Shown: positions 40,041-53,619 of the stretch, piece by piece | Position numbering within the stretch: the stretch's first letter is position 1 | How the letters are laid out: each line of letters begins with the position of its first letter | NCBI GenBank assembly: GCA_951406725.2 | Contig: OX597820.1 | Span: 124,930,001 to 124,994,000, forward strand | DNA: 64,000 nucleotides | Source of the DNA: Octopus vulgaris | Lineage: Eukaryota | Direction of reading: 5' to 3' | Made by a program: the position numbers and the translations under genes | Notes under the pieces: generated by a model | What the model was told of the DNA's origin: nothing | Seen by the model: only the letters and a program-made list of their open reading frames with translations | Databases searched by the model: none

Positions 40041-40250
40041 TTTATTTAAAAGCAGCAGAAATTTAACAAAAGCTGTTACTAGGAGTTTCACGTTCCCGTT
40101 CGTCGGACGTTACTCGGACGTTACTTCCTGTTAATCGAAAGCTCCTAGTAACAGCGTTTATTAAATTTCTGCTGCTTTTAAATAAAGCATATTGGTATAT
40201 GAGTACTCTTTGTTACGCCCTGTTTCACATTTATGTGTTTACTCCGGTAT
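40041..40250. repeat. PLE-type pLTR remnant in inverted arrangement with a degenerate hammerhead
   Basis: Arms 40041-40090 and 40135-40187 are inverted. Minus strand reads CCGACGA ACG ggaa CGU GAAA CUCCUAG UA ACAG. The distal part matches 30508-30560. Confidence 0.75.
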
Positions 40251-40783
40251 ATATATATATATATACTCATCAATTCGCACATGTGAATATGTGTGTGTCT
40301 TGGCAGTTCACTCTCTAAGGTTGACTATTACTGTCAAAGAGATACGTTTTCACGTTTTCGACAAGGGATATTCCAACTGTAGCTTTCTAAAAAATACAAT
40401 CTTATAGAAATTTACACGTCTAACGGTTTATATTCCAATGTTGATATCTGAGAAACATGTGCTTTTTATATTTATGCTATTTATCAATATGTCACTTTTG
40501 TTGATACCATCATCTTATTCCTATTTTTATGCAGTTTTATCATCCACATTTATATCTCTAACTATATCGATTTCTAGTTCAGATGGTAGGACCTGAATTC
40601 ACGGTGTAAGACGTTGGGAGAAATGTATCAGGGCATTGTGCCGATGCGTTATCGATTTACAAATCAAGTGGGTGTAATGATAATAATTGATATCATAATG
40701 TGTACCTAAAGGTATACGTGTGTGTGTGTGTCTGTGTGTGTGTGTGTGTGTGTATACATACACGCAAATAGATATGTATGCGC

Positions 40784-40841
<58 letters not shown>

Positions 40842-41089
40842 GCATGTAGAAAAGTTTTACCGAAAGTCGACAGATATTAGAGAATGTTATGATGCAAATA
40901 AAAAATGTATACGCATGGGTTTGATATATAAAATATAAACCCACATATATAAGTAAAGAAATATGAGAATATATAGAGAGAAACAAAAACATGAGTACTC
41001 ATGCATAAGTATATATATATTTATATTTTTACAGACCAGATTTATATGCAGTAGAAATATAGAAATTGTGAGAGGACATGGTATTTCGG

Positions 41090-41212
41090 GTCTGACAGCT
41101 GTTTCTGGGAGCACGGAATAACGCTATTTTGGCACGAGTTCTGTACGAAACGATAGTGAGTGTAGTGGATGCATATAAACATTACCGTAAATCCGCAATT
41201 CATCTTCAGGAC
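41090..41212 (-). ncRNA. Hammerhead-like motif with a ~95 nt stem II region
   Basis: GUC CUGAAGA UG...CA GAAA CAGCUG UC AGAC. Stem I is off by one base. Shares the acggtgtga flank with 62195-62250. Confidence 0.55.
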
Positions 41213-41305
41213 GGTGTGATTGCTTGGCATCTGTAAATATATAGATATGTGTTCATCTCAATAATTTCAGTTTGTATTTTCTCTCTCTCCCTCCCTATCG
41301 CCCTT

Positions 41306-41394
<89 letters not shown>

Positions 41395-41619
41395 GTTTGT
41401 GTGTGCGTTGTAAATAGATACATGTGCAGTTGAGCTTGACGTTGAGAGCGTAGCGATGTGGATGTCCTAGGAGTTGTTTCCGGAGCAAACAACATGAATG
41501 ACAAGAAATCCAACGTCCTATAGGAAATATGCCTGCGGACTGCACTTGTAATTTGATATTAATTCCTTGTCTCACATTAACCTTTCCTTGTACATTCTTG
41601 TATATGGCATGTTCGCGCG

Positions 41620-41661
<42 letters not shown>

Positions 41662-41790
41662 GACGCATACTTAAATGCACAGCCATATATACATTCATAT
41701 ATGTGCGTGTATATTTGTGTGCATGTGTGTAAATAAATATTTTTATGCATATACATATATATGTATGTGCATATATATATATATGTATGC

Positions 41791-41828
<38 letters not shown>

Positions 41829-41942
41829 AATATAGCCATGTGCATATATATATATAAATATACATATGTATATCCATACACACCTGGCCGCATATACTTA
41901 AAATCACACAAATTCTCCCGTACACACACACAAATATATATG

Positions 41943-41995
<53 letters not shown>

Positions 41996-42621
41996 CCAGG
42001 CAATATGCGTGCAATTGTATCTGTGAATGTTGTAACTATTACTGTCGTTAGTTTATTACGAAGGTCTTAGGTCGTAACATTGTTCTGCCTGTATGTGAGC
42101 ACCATTGGTACACAGTCGATTTAAAATATGTTGCTACATAGGATCTATACAGTAAAATTTAAAATAGCAAATGTACACCGCTGGCCTAATTAAAACGGAG
42201 ATGCATGTATGAAAGTGATGTACATCATTCGTCATTGATTGTGTATTAGTGTTCTCTTCATCTTTGTCTGACCTACATTATATAAATCGCATAATACCAC
42301 ATTTTCTTTCTCGCGCATTTTCTATGTGAATGCAGCCAGTTGTAACTAATTATATACATTATACAACATGATGCAAATGAAAGGCTGTGCCATCATCCGC
42401 AATAATGCAGCACATTTCGCTTGTAGGTAACTTCTAGGACACATCATGTCTTTCTAAATAAGATTGAAACGAAGATTTGTAAATATCAGTGATGCATATA
42501 TCTAGTCTCGTCAAAAGCATATCTGCGTAATATAATATAAAAATCAAAATTATAGGAAAGTAACCAACACTCGTATGCACTCGCGATGCAGACACACACA
42601 ATTACATACTTGTATGAATTA

Positions 42622-42673
<52 letters not shown>

Positions 42674-42903
42674 TTATATATATATATATGTATATATATA
42701 TATGTATATATATGTATACATTTATATGTATATATATGTATATATATATGTATATATATGTATATATTTATATGTATATATATGTATACATTTATATGTA
42801 TATATATATTTATATGTATATATATGTATATATTTATATGTATATGTATATATCTCTCTCTATATATATATATATTTATATGTATATGTATATGTATATA
42901 TAT

Positions 42904-42955
<52 letters not shown>

Positions 42956-45900
42956 TGTAATATTAAAAATAACTGTTTTGTGAATTATTGTACATATTTT
43001 TTAAACTATGTATTACATAAAAATAATAAACATTTTTTACTTAAATACTGTTTATGAACTAACACTCAAGTATAAAATTATGAAATACATATATGATTGG
43101 TTTCTAAAAATTAATTTATATAAAATTATATGTAATAATATCATTTAAATTATTTTGGTGTTAACCTGCATTGTGAACCAATAGTATAATATACAATTAA
43201 GACGATGAAAATATGAAAGGCGAACAAGTTATATTAACATTAAGAATGGCCTATACATTCTCACATGCTGATATACAATATGCAATAGTGCAAAATTAAA
43301 TTAGAAACAACATGGCGATGCCATTCAAGTACTGCCAAAAAAGAGATTTAAAGACACAAATTAAAGTAAAAAAGGGATTTTGGTTATACATAGTCGAAAC
43401 AAATTGTGACCCATTCAGTTATGAAAATGTTCACACAATATGACCAAAACAGAAAATTCTATCATATACCGTGACTGATGGCCAGCTAAGATTGAGGTTT
43501 TGTATGACGAAACAAAAACATTCATACAATGACAAGAATGACAAGAACAACTATATAAGCAAAGTATGGTTAAGGAAAACAGAAAGGCTTTGCTTTGATC
43601 TTAGCTTGTACCATTTGTTTTTCATTTTCTTAAGACGCCCGATCTGGTTTGTATTACAATAAAACAAACAAGTGAAAAATCATACAGTTTAGAGAATCTT
43701 TGAAATGTTTCGTTCGAAAGTAATGCCATCACAATGTTGCATAAAAAACAAATTTGTGCTCATGTGGTTTTCTGTAACTTGATACATAGTGTTGAACAGT
43801 TTATAAAACTTATTGATATTTCATGACTCACACAATATGAAAGATTCAAATTTCTGGCACATCTGATAAATTATAGATTGTTCACTGCTATATGAACTAA
43901 CAGTAGCATATAATATATCGATTAAATTCTGGTATATAATAAAAGCATAAATTTATGACAGAATAAAGACTCTGATTTCTTTTTCTTCTTAATGTTGTAT
44001 GATGATATACAAAATCTTGATCGTTGTGAACATTATGTAAATTATGAATCGCACAAGATTCATCTATGTGCTGTGTAAAACATTGTCAACATATCTCGTT
44101 CTAATAACATAAGATATAATAATAAATGGCGGACCATCTATATCAGTGACAAAGTAGAATTTCATAGGCCTATGCAGGTATGTGGTGAAGACGCTCACAG
44201 CATGCTGTAACACAAAGAGAGAGAACAGGATCACATTGTAATTACATTTCTTCCTATTGTAATAGATATACATCAGAAATAAGATAACACATTCTTATCT
44301 TGTTGAAAAGACAAGAAAATCAAATTTCTTTCTGTATATGTTGCATCTGCATCTTTATGTTTTTTGTTTTGTGTATGCAAAATTGATCGCATTTTCATGG
44401 AACTTTTTTTTGATGCATTTTGGTTTTGACTGATGAATTATTTTATTCATGCTTTCAAATGTTGAAATCTCTTCGAATCATACCTTTAATTGCTTTATGA
44501 GGCTTATAAACAAGAGAGGTGATATGGTATATTTGTTTGGTTTCTAATCTATACTGGTGATAAAATCTCTTGTAGTTTCTGGAACTTTCTCTGATCTGGC
44601 AGATGTCATTCTTTGCTATTTATATATCTAATTGCTTAAATTGCTTTGTTGATTGTTCGTGCGCACAGCTTGATCGCATCATTTATTCTTAGTCATAATA
44701 TTCAGCTACAGTAACAAATTTTGTCCCATCATGTTTTGTTGCAATGGTTACTGTGATTATTGCTGCTGTTTTTGTTGTTTCTCTTGATATTACCATCTTC
44801 ATCGTCGACGCCGTCATCCGCATCCTCCTCATCATCGTCACCATTATCATCATCATCATCATCATTATCGCCATTATCATTATTGATTAGTGGAATTGTT
44901 CGGACATGTTTTTGACCACACCGCTTAAGTCTCCGCTGATGTCGTTGTTTTTATCCCTTTGGTGTCTGTTAATATGTAAAAGTTTTTATATGTTTTGTCA
45001 TTAAGAACACCAGAAGACGTGGTTGGTGTTTTGTAGTAGTTTTTGCTTCTTAAAGAGCATTTTCTACTTCGCAAATAAACCCTCTGTAGCAATAAGAGGA
45101 GAACAACCCATATTTGAAATGGTGTCGTCCACAGAGAGGTCGTCTCCTCACCAACCCTCTTGCAGCCGAAGAATTTCCTCACCCTCCTTCCTCCACTCAA
45201 CTTCGAAGTGTGTGCAAGTTAGAAATCATTAATGGGTATCTTGTAGTATATAGGACTACGCTTTACTGCAGCCTCAGTTTAAATATCCCTCTGCCACTGT
45301 TTAGAAGTTGTGTCAAGTATTCCAACTATCATAGGAAACATTCTTGTTTTAGTTTTCACTTCTCCAAATATTTTTCCTGTTTATTCAGTTTCTTTGGTAT
45401 CTACTCTATTACAATATGACGTTGCAATGCACGCGACCTTGATTATTTTGTCCCGTCATCTATTGTTACTGATTTATTGCAAAGGAAAGACGATCAGATA
45501 CTGCTTGGGATTAAGGACATCGCAAGCGTTGCATTTAGATATGAAAATATCGGCCGAGGTACCGCAATGTGTCACATCAAATTTTGTCACTCTAGCAGAA
45601 ATCTAGTAATCTAGACTCCTACATTTTTGTGGACCTCAAAAGAGAAAAACGCCTACTTCATATGAATGGGATTTGAAATTAGATAGCAGAAAACTGAAAC
45701 AAATATTACATGGTAATCCGCCCCACTACTTAATATAAATTAGCCATCCTATATACATTCGTACATAGTTATACCCATCTGTATATGTATATCTAGGTAT
45801 CTTCATATCACTATGTATACAAACAAAGATAAATTCACAAATATGTCTACACATACACACATACATACGCACAAACACACGCACACGTATATGTAAATAT

Positions 45901-46013
45901 ATGTACACTTATATTTGTATATACACTTATATACTTATATACATCTTCTACATGTATATGCATATGTATGTATGTATGCATATATCTATATTTATATCTA
46001 TCTATCTATCTAT

Positions 46014-46065
<52 letters not shown>

Positions 46066-46081
46066 ATTTTATTTTTGTATA

Positions 46082-46134
<53 letters not shown>

Positions 46135-46157
46135 GTATATATATATATGTATATATA

Positions 46158-46210
<53 letters not shown>

Positions 46211-46261
46211 GATAGATATATAGAGAGAGAGATAGATATATATAGAGAGAAAGATAACGGG

Positions 46262-46320
<59 letters not shown>

Positions 46321-46887
46321 CAGATAGACATATATACACATAATCACACATGTATGGAAGACGTTTAGTGTTAATTTGTTTTATATGACCATAACTGCAT
46401 AGAGGTGCACACTTGCATACACACATATGCAATCACAATTTAAATACAAATTTTGAAACATAATTTAAAGAATGACATTCAATATACATAAGTAGGAATA
46501 TAGATTTTGTTCCAGATATCGAAATTCATTAATTTTATTTTAAAAATGAATTATAATTCAGTTAAGAATTATTATAGTATTTATAGTATAGCTCGGGAGA
46601 ACTATGTATATTAAAGTATAGAGAACTAAATTGATAAGAAAATGTGGGGTTTCATAAAGTAAGAATTGAATTAATGCATAACGTTATAGTTTTACTGTTT
46701 GGCACATAAAATGTATGTAGTCTTCAAAATTTTATTTAATATTTTTTCTGCATCTGTACTACAATGTTTTTGTTTTTTTGTTGTAAATGTAATCTTTATA
46801 TCCAGCAAGAAATATAATGTACAGTTTTCATTGTTATAGACTATCAGCTTATTACTCGTTTCTGCATGCATATATACATATATATGT

Positions 46888-46945
<58 letters not shown>

Positions 46946-46947
<2 letters not shown>

Positions 46948-47250
46948 AGGCGCAGTGGCCCAGTGGTTAGGGCAGCGGACTCGACGCTTTAGAATAGTAG
47001 TTTCGATTCGCAGACCTGGCGTTTTGAGTGTTTATTGAGCGAAAGCACCTAGAAGCTCCACGAAGCTCCGACAGGGGGTGGTGATCCCTGCTGTACTCTT
47101 TCACCACTCTTTCTCTCAATCTTTCTTCTATTGGCCTGCTCGCTTAGCCAGCGGGGTAGCGTCATTCGAAAGCTAAAACAATGCGAACGCATTGTGACCA
47201 GTGATGTATAACAACATCTGATGGTCTGGTCAGTCACGTGATCACGTGAT
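46946..47250 (+). mobile_element. Full-length tRNA-derived SINE (~305 bp)
   Basis: Head ggaggcgcagTGGCCCAGTGGttagggcagcggactcg...GTTTCGATTC carries A and B boxes. Ends cacgtgatcacgtgat followed by (AT)n. Confidence 0.88.
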
Positions 47251-47324
47251 ATATATATATATATATATATACATACACACACATATATATATATATATGG
47301 GGCATAGTCGAAATGCTGTACCCA

Positions 47325-47713
47325 ATATTTCATTTCAATGTTGTACGTATCAAAACCTACTGACATTTTTGAGTACCTACGGCTCAATGGTTCCACCAGT
47401 TTTAACCTAAATACAGGAAATATGAATGAGACAAAACACATTTTTCCAGACAACTAGTTCCATATAATTAACTACTTACTATATCACCAACCGACAGTAG
47501 ATGATTATTAAATGAACAGGTGAATTCCGATAAATCTGTCATTTTAATGAATTTTAACTATCGTTTTCTGATGATATCTGAAACGAAACAGCAATTTTAG
47601 CAAAACAATAATAAATCAAAAAACATAAAATTAAACAAGCTTTTTACTGTTTTATAGATATTTCAAAATTATGATGCCAGGTGTTTCCATTATTTTGTCT
47701 AACCCCTGTGTAA

Positions 47714-47770
<57 letters not shown>

Positions 47771-48354
47771 GATGTATGTATGTATATATTTTCAATTTCT
47801 AAATTTTATTTTTTTAATTCTCTTTTCATTGTATTCTGTAACACAAGTCAGAATTTTGGGAAATCAAATAAATGCGGGAAATGGTTTCAGATACGTTTCA
47901 TACCGCTTCCAAGCATACTGGCTAACCATCATGCCTGAAGTTGTTTCTAATGTACCATACATTTCTTTCCATATTTAAATTTACCTGTAATAACCTTAAT
48001 TGTGTTATTAGTATTTCTGTATTGTTGCTGATATAGCTTCATTAGATTTTATGACAATTACTAAACATTTTTTGTGCGTAAAATATAGAATTCCATGAAA
48101 TTGTAAAGGACGGCAAATGTATAATTAGGTAATAGAAGCATATTCCAAATGCAATACTCAATATTTCATTTCAAACATGTATGTTTCAAGGCCTACTGAA
48201 ACATTTGAGTACCTACACCTCAATGGTTCCACCAGTTTTAACCTACATACAGGAAATATGAATGAGTCAAGACAAATTTTTCCAGACAACAAGTTCCATA
48301 TTATTAACTACTTACTATATCACTAACCGACAGTAGGTGATTATTAAATGAACA
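47325..48354 (+). repeat. ~190 bp direct repeat (47325-47518 and 48160-48354)
   Basis: aatatttcatttcaa...ctcaatggttccaccagttttaaccta.atacaggaaatatgaatgag...gattattaaatgaaca occurs twice, with scattered substitutions. Confidence 0.9.
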
Positions 48355-48526
48355 TATGTTATATACACGGTTTTATTTACGTATTTTGAAGCATACTATT
48401 ATTGTTGATGTTGCTTCCTCTATTATCTGCGATGCGACTACGGCTAACACACAAGCTGTCATAATACTACTTTTTAAAGCCAATATTTCAATATGAGGCA
48501 AATAGGAAAGGAGTATAAAATCCATC

Positions 48527-48909
48527 CCCTCCTCACCGTGGTGGGGACGCTGGAAACGAGTAGTGTCAGAGCTATGCCGTCGGGAACTTCGGTTCCTGGT
48601 AGGGCCACACTAGGCGGATTGGTCTGACACCGACGAGTGGTATTAGGGCCACAACCCGGCAGACGTAGTTCTGGTGAAAATCCTCGGAGTAGCTGTTTCG
48701 GCAACCAGCGGCTCCTCGGTCGTTCTGTCCTTGCGTCTGCCAACAATCTGCGGCAAACAGGATGTCTCTACATGCGGGATTGTTGGGGACCGCTTGTGAA
48801 ATTCATATTCTCATGAAACTTCTTCCACTGCCATGGTTCGAGATGCCTCGAGGGTGGTAGAAGAAGTCGACCGAACCCGCCCAGGGTGAATGTCTCCACA
48901 AGTACAAGT
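48527..48909 (+). mobile_element. Non-autonomous RTE-derived element (5' UTR plus 3' tail) with TSD
   Basis: The 5' part resembles RTE/BovB/Expander 5' UTRs (gagctatgcc...tagggccac...ggtc). Tail is acaagtacaagt. Flanked by gagtataaaatccatc and gagtataaatgcatc. Confidence 0.72.
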
Positions 48910-49406
48910 AAGAGTATAAATGCATCGAATGCACCTTTATCCCAAACATCCATATACAATTTGCTACCACATACTCTGAGAAGCATTTCTCCATGCAATC
49001 ATAACATTTATATTTATATAAAGCCTCGTCAACACAACACGGCATTGAAGTAGCAGATAAAATAAATGAATTATTTGAATGTGCTTTTGAAATAAACTGG
49101 GTGTTTACCATGAGAATATAGATCGAATCAAAAATTTCGACGGTAGTTTGTCTGTTAGGAAGCTATTAGATCAGTCTAAGTTCATCGTCCTGGAATACTA
49201 GAATATATACTAGTTTCGTGACAACGATATCCTCATGGGATTGTCAAACATATCATTGTATACTAAGAGTTGAGTCAATAAGTAATAACATTATAACATC
49301 GGATTCCCTGAAGAAACGCGCAGTCACAGATATAACTGAATTATCTATATTGATAAACTTCATTTGTATGTAAACTTTTTCCTTCTTCTGGATATGTATG
49401 TATGTA

Positions 49407-49464
<58 letters not shown>

Positions 49465-50959
49465 AGTTGTGATAGACACAAGTCCATATTACTAGTTCCC
49501 GTGTATATTTTGTCATTGTGGTTGTCAGGAACTCGGCATTAGATTTTCCAATTGCAAGTAGATACTTGGACCCAATAGATCTGCAAAGAATATCATGTCT
49601 AAAGGTAAATAATTTTAACAGCCGGGTGGATGGTGAGGCATTTTATTGGTAGTTTGAGAAGGAAGTAAAAAGAATGCATATGGGAACGAATAATAAAGGA
49701 CTAGGAAACAAAGTAAATGGAAAGAAAAAAAGCGGAATAAAAAGACAAAAATAAGAACGAGAGGAAAGGATAAAAAGGACGAGAGGTACTTAAGAAGAAT
49801 GGATAAAAGAATAAAGAAAAGAGTGTAAGAACTAAAGGAAGGAAAATTAATTTGGGCAACCATACAAGGGATAAACAGATCTAGTTAAACAACATGGAAG
49901 AATAAGTAACATGAATATATAATCGGAATTGACAACATTAAAAATCTAATAAAATATTAAATTTACACTGAATCATCGAGATTGAAATAAAGAATTCTGA
50001 ACACGCTCTCGCACAAGATCACTTTCCAGATATATATTAGAATTAGTTCTTCTTGAAATATACAAAATAACCTTTGCACACCTATCCCGTGTGAGATGAT
50101 GACCTGCTAATATTTATGTATACATTTGTGTTTATGTTCACTTTCCCAATCGCTTTTGGTTTCTGACTCTCCTTTTTTTTTACTTTCTTGCTTCCCTCAC
50201 TCTCCCTCATGATGTACTCTCTTTCTCGCCAAGCATCTCTCTATCTCCCTTTATCTCACTCGCTCTTCTCTCTCTCTCCCTCCCTCTCTCTTCGGAAAGT
50301 TCTCCATTTCTTATATATACATTCATTTCATTTACATTATTGTTCGTATATGTTTGCTTCTCCCTTTTATAGTTGTCCAGCTTAGCTTTTTATCTCTTTC
50401 ATTTATTTTTCTTCTTTTCCACTCTGACTGTGTTTTGTTTTTTTCTCACTTTATTCTCTTTTTGTTTCCTTTCCCCCTCCACTTCTCTCGTTCCTTTGTC
50501 CCTCTTCACCTTTCTCTGCGCTTGCTTTCCTTCTACTTCTCTTTCAAAATACTTATTAAAAAACTCACCTTGAACTCACCTCTAGACATACCCTTTGTAA
50601 CAATATATAACACAATAAAATGTTCTCTGATGATGTTTTGAGCTAAAGAATCCAGTTGCACTTGGAATATCCAATGCAGAATTCCAAATAAACACAATGG
50701 GGAAACGTACTAAAGCAATGACTATATAAACTCGTGTCAATCGAAATTTCTGAAACAAAATGTTGTGTAGTCATACTGCTAAGTAAAAGTAGTTGCTTAT
50801 CACCTATCAAGTCAATGGCAATCTACCTGGAGTACTAAATTAAGACTTGCAGTAGAACATTTATTTGCTAGATATATTATAAGTGTATTTATACTTTTTG
50901 CATATAGTATTGTTTCAGAGAGCAAGAAAATGATGAGTTTGTTTTAAAACTTGTGATTA

Positions 50960-51880
50960 TATATGCAGTATATTACGTAGTATATGGGCAGTTCCCATGT
51001 GCAATATCTTTTGAATTTCTGCCATTTTGGGGATTCCTGGTATCTGAGCTATTTAGGAATCAGCCTCTTTTGCTACCATTCCTAGGGCACCTATGACAAC
51101 AGGTACTGTTTTAGTCTTGAGGTTCCACATTTTGCCAATTTCTATTTCAAGATCATTATACTGGTTCAGTTTTTGGTAGGTCTTGACTGATACATTTATA
51201 TCGATTGGGACAGTCATATCAATGTGGAGGCATGATTTTTGACGGAAGTCTTTCAATATAATGTCTGGCGTATTCGCATCTGTCTTCCTGTCAGTTTGAA
51301 TAGTGAAGTTTCAGAAAAGTGAGATGTGATCCTTTTGAAGCACTGGCGGTGGTTTGTATTCTCACCTGATTTTATCATGCGGCAGGTCCAGGTTTTTACA
51401 TATTGCCCACTGAAAATATTGTGCTCCTCTATCATGCATTTTGAGATACTGTGTAGGCACAAAAAGACTGCACATGGAGAGAACATGATGAATGTTTTCA
51501 TTTTGTTGGTGATATATAAATGTTAGGCTAATGCCGTTTTTAATATGTTGGCCTGGATTTTCCTTGTTGGTACGAATTGATCATGTGCTGCGATGATAAA
51601 CCTTTCTGTTTCTGATTTCAAGGCAGACGACACTAATCATTAATGGGTAAGTGCTTTGTCAGCATCGGCACTATTAGCTTTCTTCGGATATTTTCCATTG
51701 AGACGTTTTTTCTTGCCATTTATCAGCAAGAATATCTCAGGCAGCAGTTTTAGCCCGGGTTTTCATACGTTTAAGCTTTTTCTGTGCTTGTTTCTGTAAT
51801 TTGATGTATTTGGAATTCACTAAGATATTCCTTCACCTGTTTTGATACTTTATTGATTTCATGCTTTGAGACAAGTATAC
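50960..51880 (-). mobile_element. R4/Dong-like LINE C-terminal fragment
   Basis: LKSETERFIIAAHDQFVPTR; KDFRQKSCLHIDMTVPIDINVSVKTYQKLNQYNDLEIEIGKMWNLKTKTVPVVIGALGMV. Confidence 0.88.
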
Positions 51881-51894
51881 TATCATTATTATTA

Positions 51895-52450
51895 TTGAGT
51901 GAGAGAGCAGTGCATGCCATCAAAGTGACACTGGGATAAAATATACGAAGCCCAATATACCCATCATGACTACCCGTCTGATAAAGGTACACCAGGCACA
52001 TGCATCACAACCATATGTGCGCGACCTGATGATCTCATATCAAGATAAACAGCACATTACCTTGCAGGTGGGGCCCAGTTAGAATTTTCTTCAGGTTGAG
52101 TAGCCCATCCCGCTCAAAAGGTCCCTGAATAAGGGTTGTTTAAGGATGTTGAAAGAACCACCCATGTTTCCAGAGGTGAATTATTCAAAGCCCAAAGAAT
52201 CCCTTTCAACACATGGCTATGATGCTCCCCCAGTACTTCAGCTCGTGATCAGAGATGCACATATCGTCAAACACTAAGGGACATGCTCAACTGGTTACGT
52301 TCAAACAACTGACTAGTAAATCTGTGGTATTGAGCAGAATATTTGCTGTAGCTCATATTTTATACCAAGACAAAACAATGTACATGATAACACTTCCAAT
52401 CAGTGAAGATCAGAAGCCATGAGAGCCACTGCCTGGTACTGCATCAGGGC

Positions 52451-52452
<2 letters not shown>
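51895..52452 (-). mobile_element. Longer copy of the ~550 bp non-coding (AAT)n-flanked element
   Basis: Reverse complement of 1905-2335 plus ~110 bp of extra 5' sequence. (ATT)n on both sides. Confidence 0.85.
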
Positions 52453-52541
<89 letters not shown>

Positions 52542-52604
52542 TACTATTATTATTATTATTATTACTATTACTATTATTATTATTATTATTATCATTATTA
52601 TTCA

Positions 52605-52794
52605 GTAGTTTTATTTTTATAGCGTGCTTCCACTTCACTACCGAGCGCAGCTCTGTGTGCCTTGGGTATGTGCTGTGATTTGTTGTGATGCTCTGATGGT
52701 TATTGTATGGAAAATGTTCTGCGTAGGATGTGTGCAGTGCCTAGTAGTGCAATTTTCTGTATGTTATATGTGTTTGTAAGTCCTGGTGTTTTTG

Positions 52795-52797
<3 letters not shown>
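52605..52797 (-). mobile_element. R4/Dong-like LINE extreme 3' end embedded in (AAT)n
   Basis: TKTPGLTNTYNIQKIALLGTAHILRRTFSIQ* then a short 3' UTR. (ATT)n tracts on both sides. Confidence 0.85.
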
Positions 52798-52890
<93 letters not shown>

Positions 52891-53551
52891 ATTATTAATG
52901 TTATTGTTATTGTTGTTGTTGTTATCATCCTCATTATCATCATCAGCATTACATTTACATAGCACTGGAGTTGTACCACAGTGTCAGCTCTATATTCCTG
53001 TATATTCACAGTAAGTTGTAGATATTCCAATCTTTGGGAATAATTGGAAGAAGAGATGTTCATCTTGTTGGATTTTTTAATTTCTGAATTTCTTTTTCGG
53101 TTGGAATTTTTCTTTTCTCATTAAAAGTTTTGCTGCGGTTTACTGTTTTTGTAGCTGTGCAGTATGTATATATTGGCAGGTGCGTACTTCCTTAATTTTT
53201 TATCGTGCATTTAATTGTGTTCTTACAATAAAAGGAATGTTTACATATTTTGTTAGTCAGGGAAGAAGAGATAACAAAACGTTCACACAAAATTCAAGAT
53301 ATTAAAATTTCTAAATTTTTTGAGGTGTTCGTTTGTATGTCCAAAACTGCAGATATGGACGTTCCGTATCTTAGTTTGAGGGAAATTCAAATCACTCACA
53401 CAAAGCTGTAGTTATTCCAATCATTTTTACTTATTTTTTCATTTGTCCTGCTGGGTTGTATTAATGTTGTGTCTTCAGTTGTCGACAGCTCAGAGCAGCG
53501 AAAAATACGTCCAGCCTCTGTCACGTCCAGCCGACTATATATTTATTATTA

Positions 53552-53619
<68 letters not shown>

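Noticed and set aside
41267-41995. 242 aa ORF and the many other YIYI/THTH/CVCV ORFs
   Set aside because: Translations of dinucleotide microsatellites that lack stop codons; not genes.
46946-47021. tRNA gene
   Set aside because: The cloverleaf is imperfect and continues into a body repeated at 1197-1307, so it is a SINE head.
52560-52620. Signal-peptide-like or transmembrane poly-L/I/Y ORFs (also at 10531 and 53443)
   Set aside because: Derived from (ATT)n repeats.
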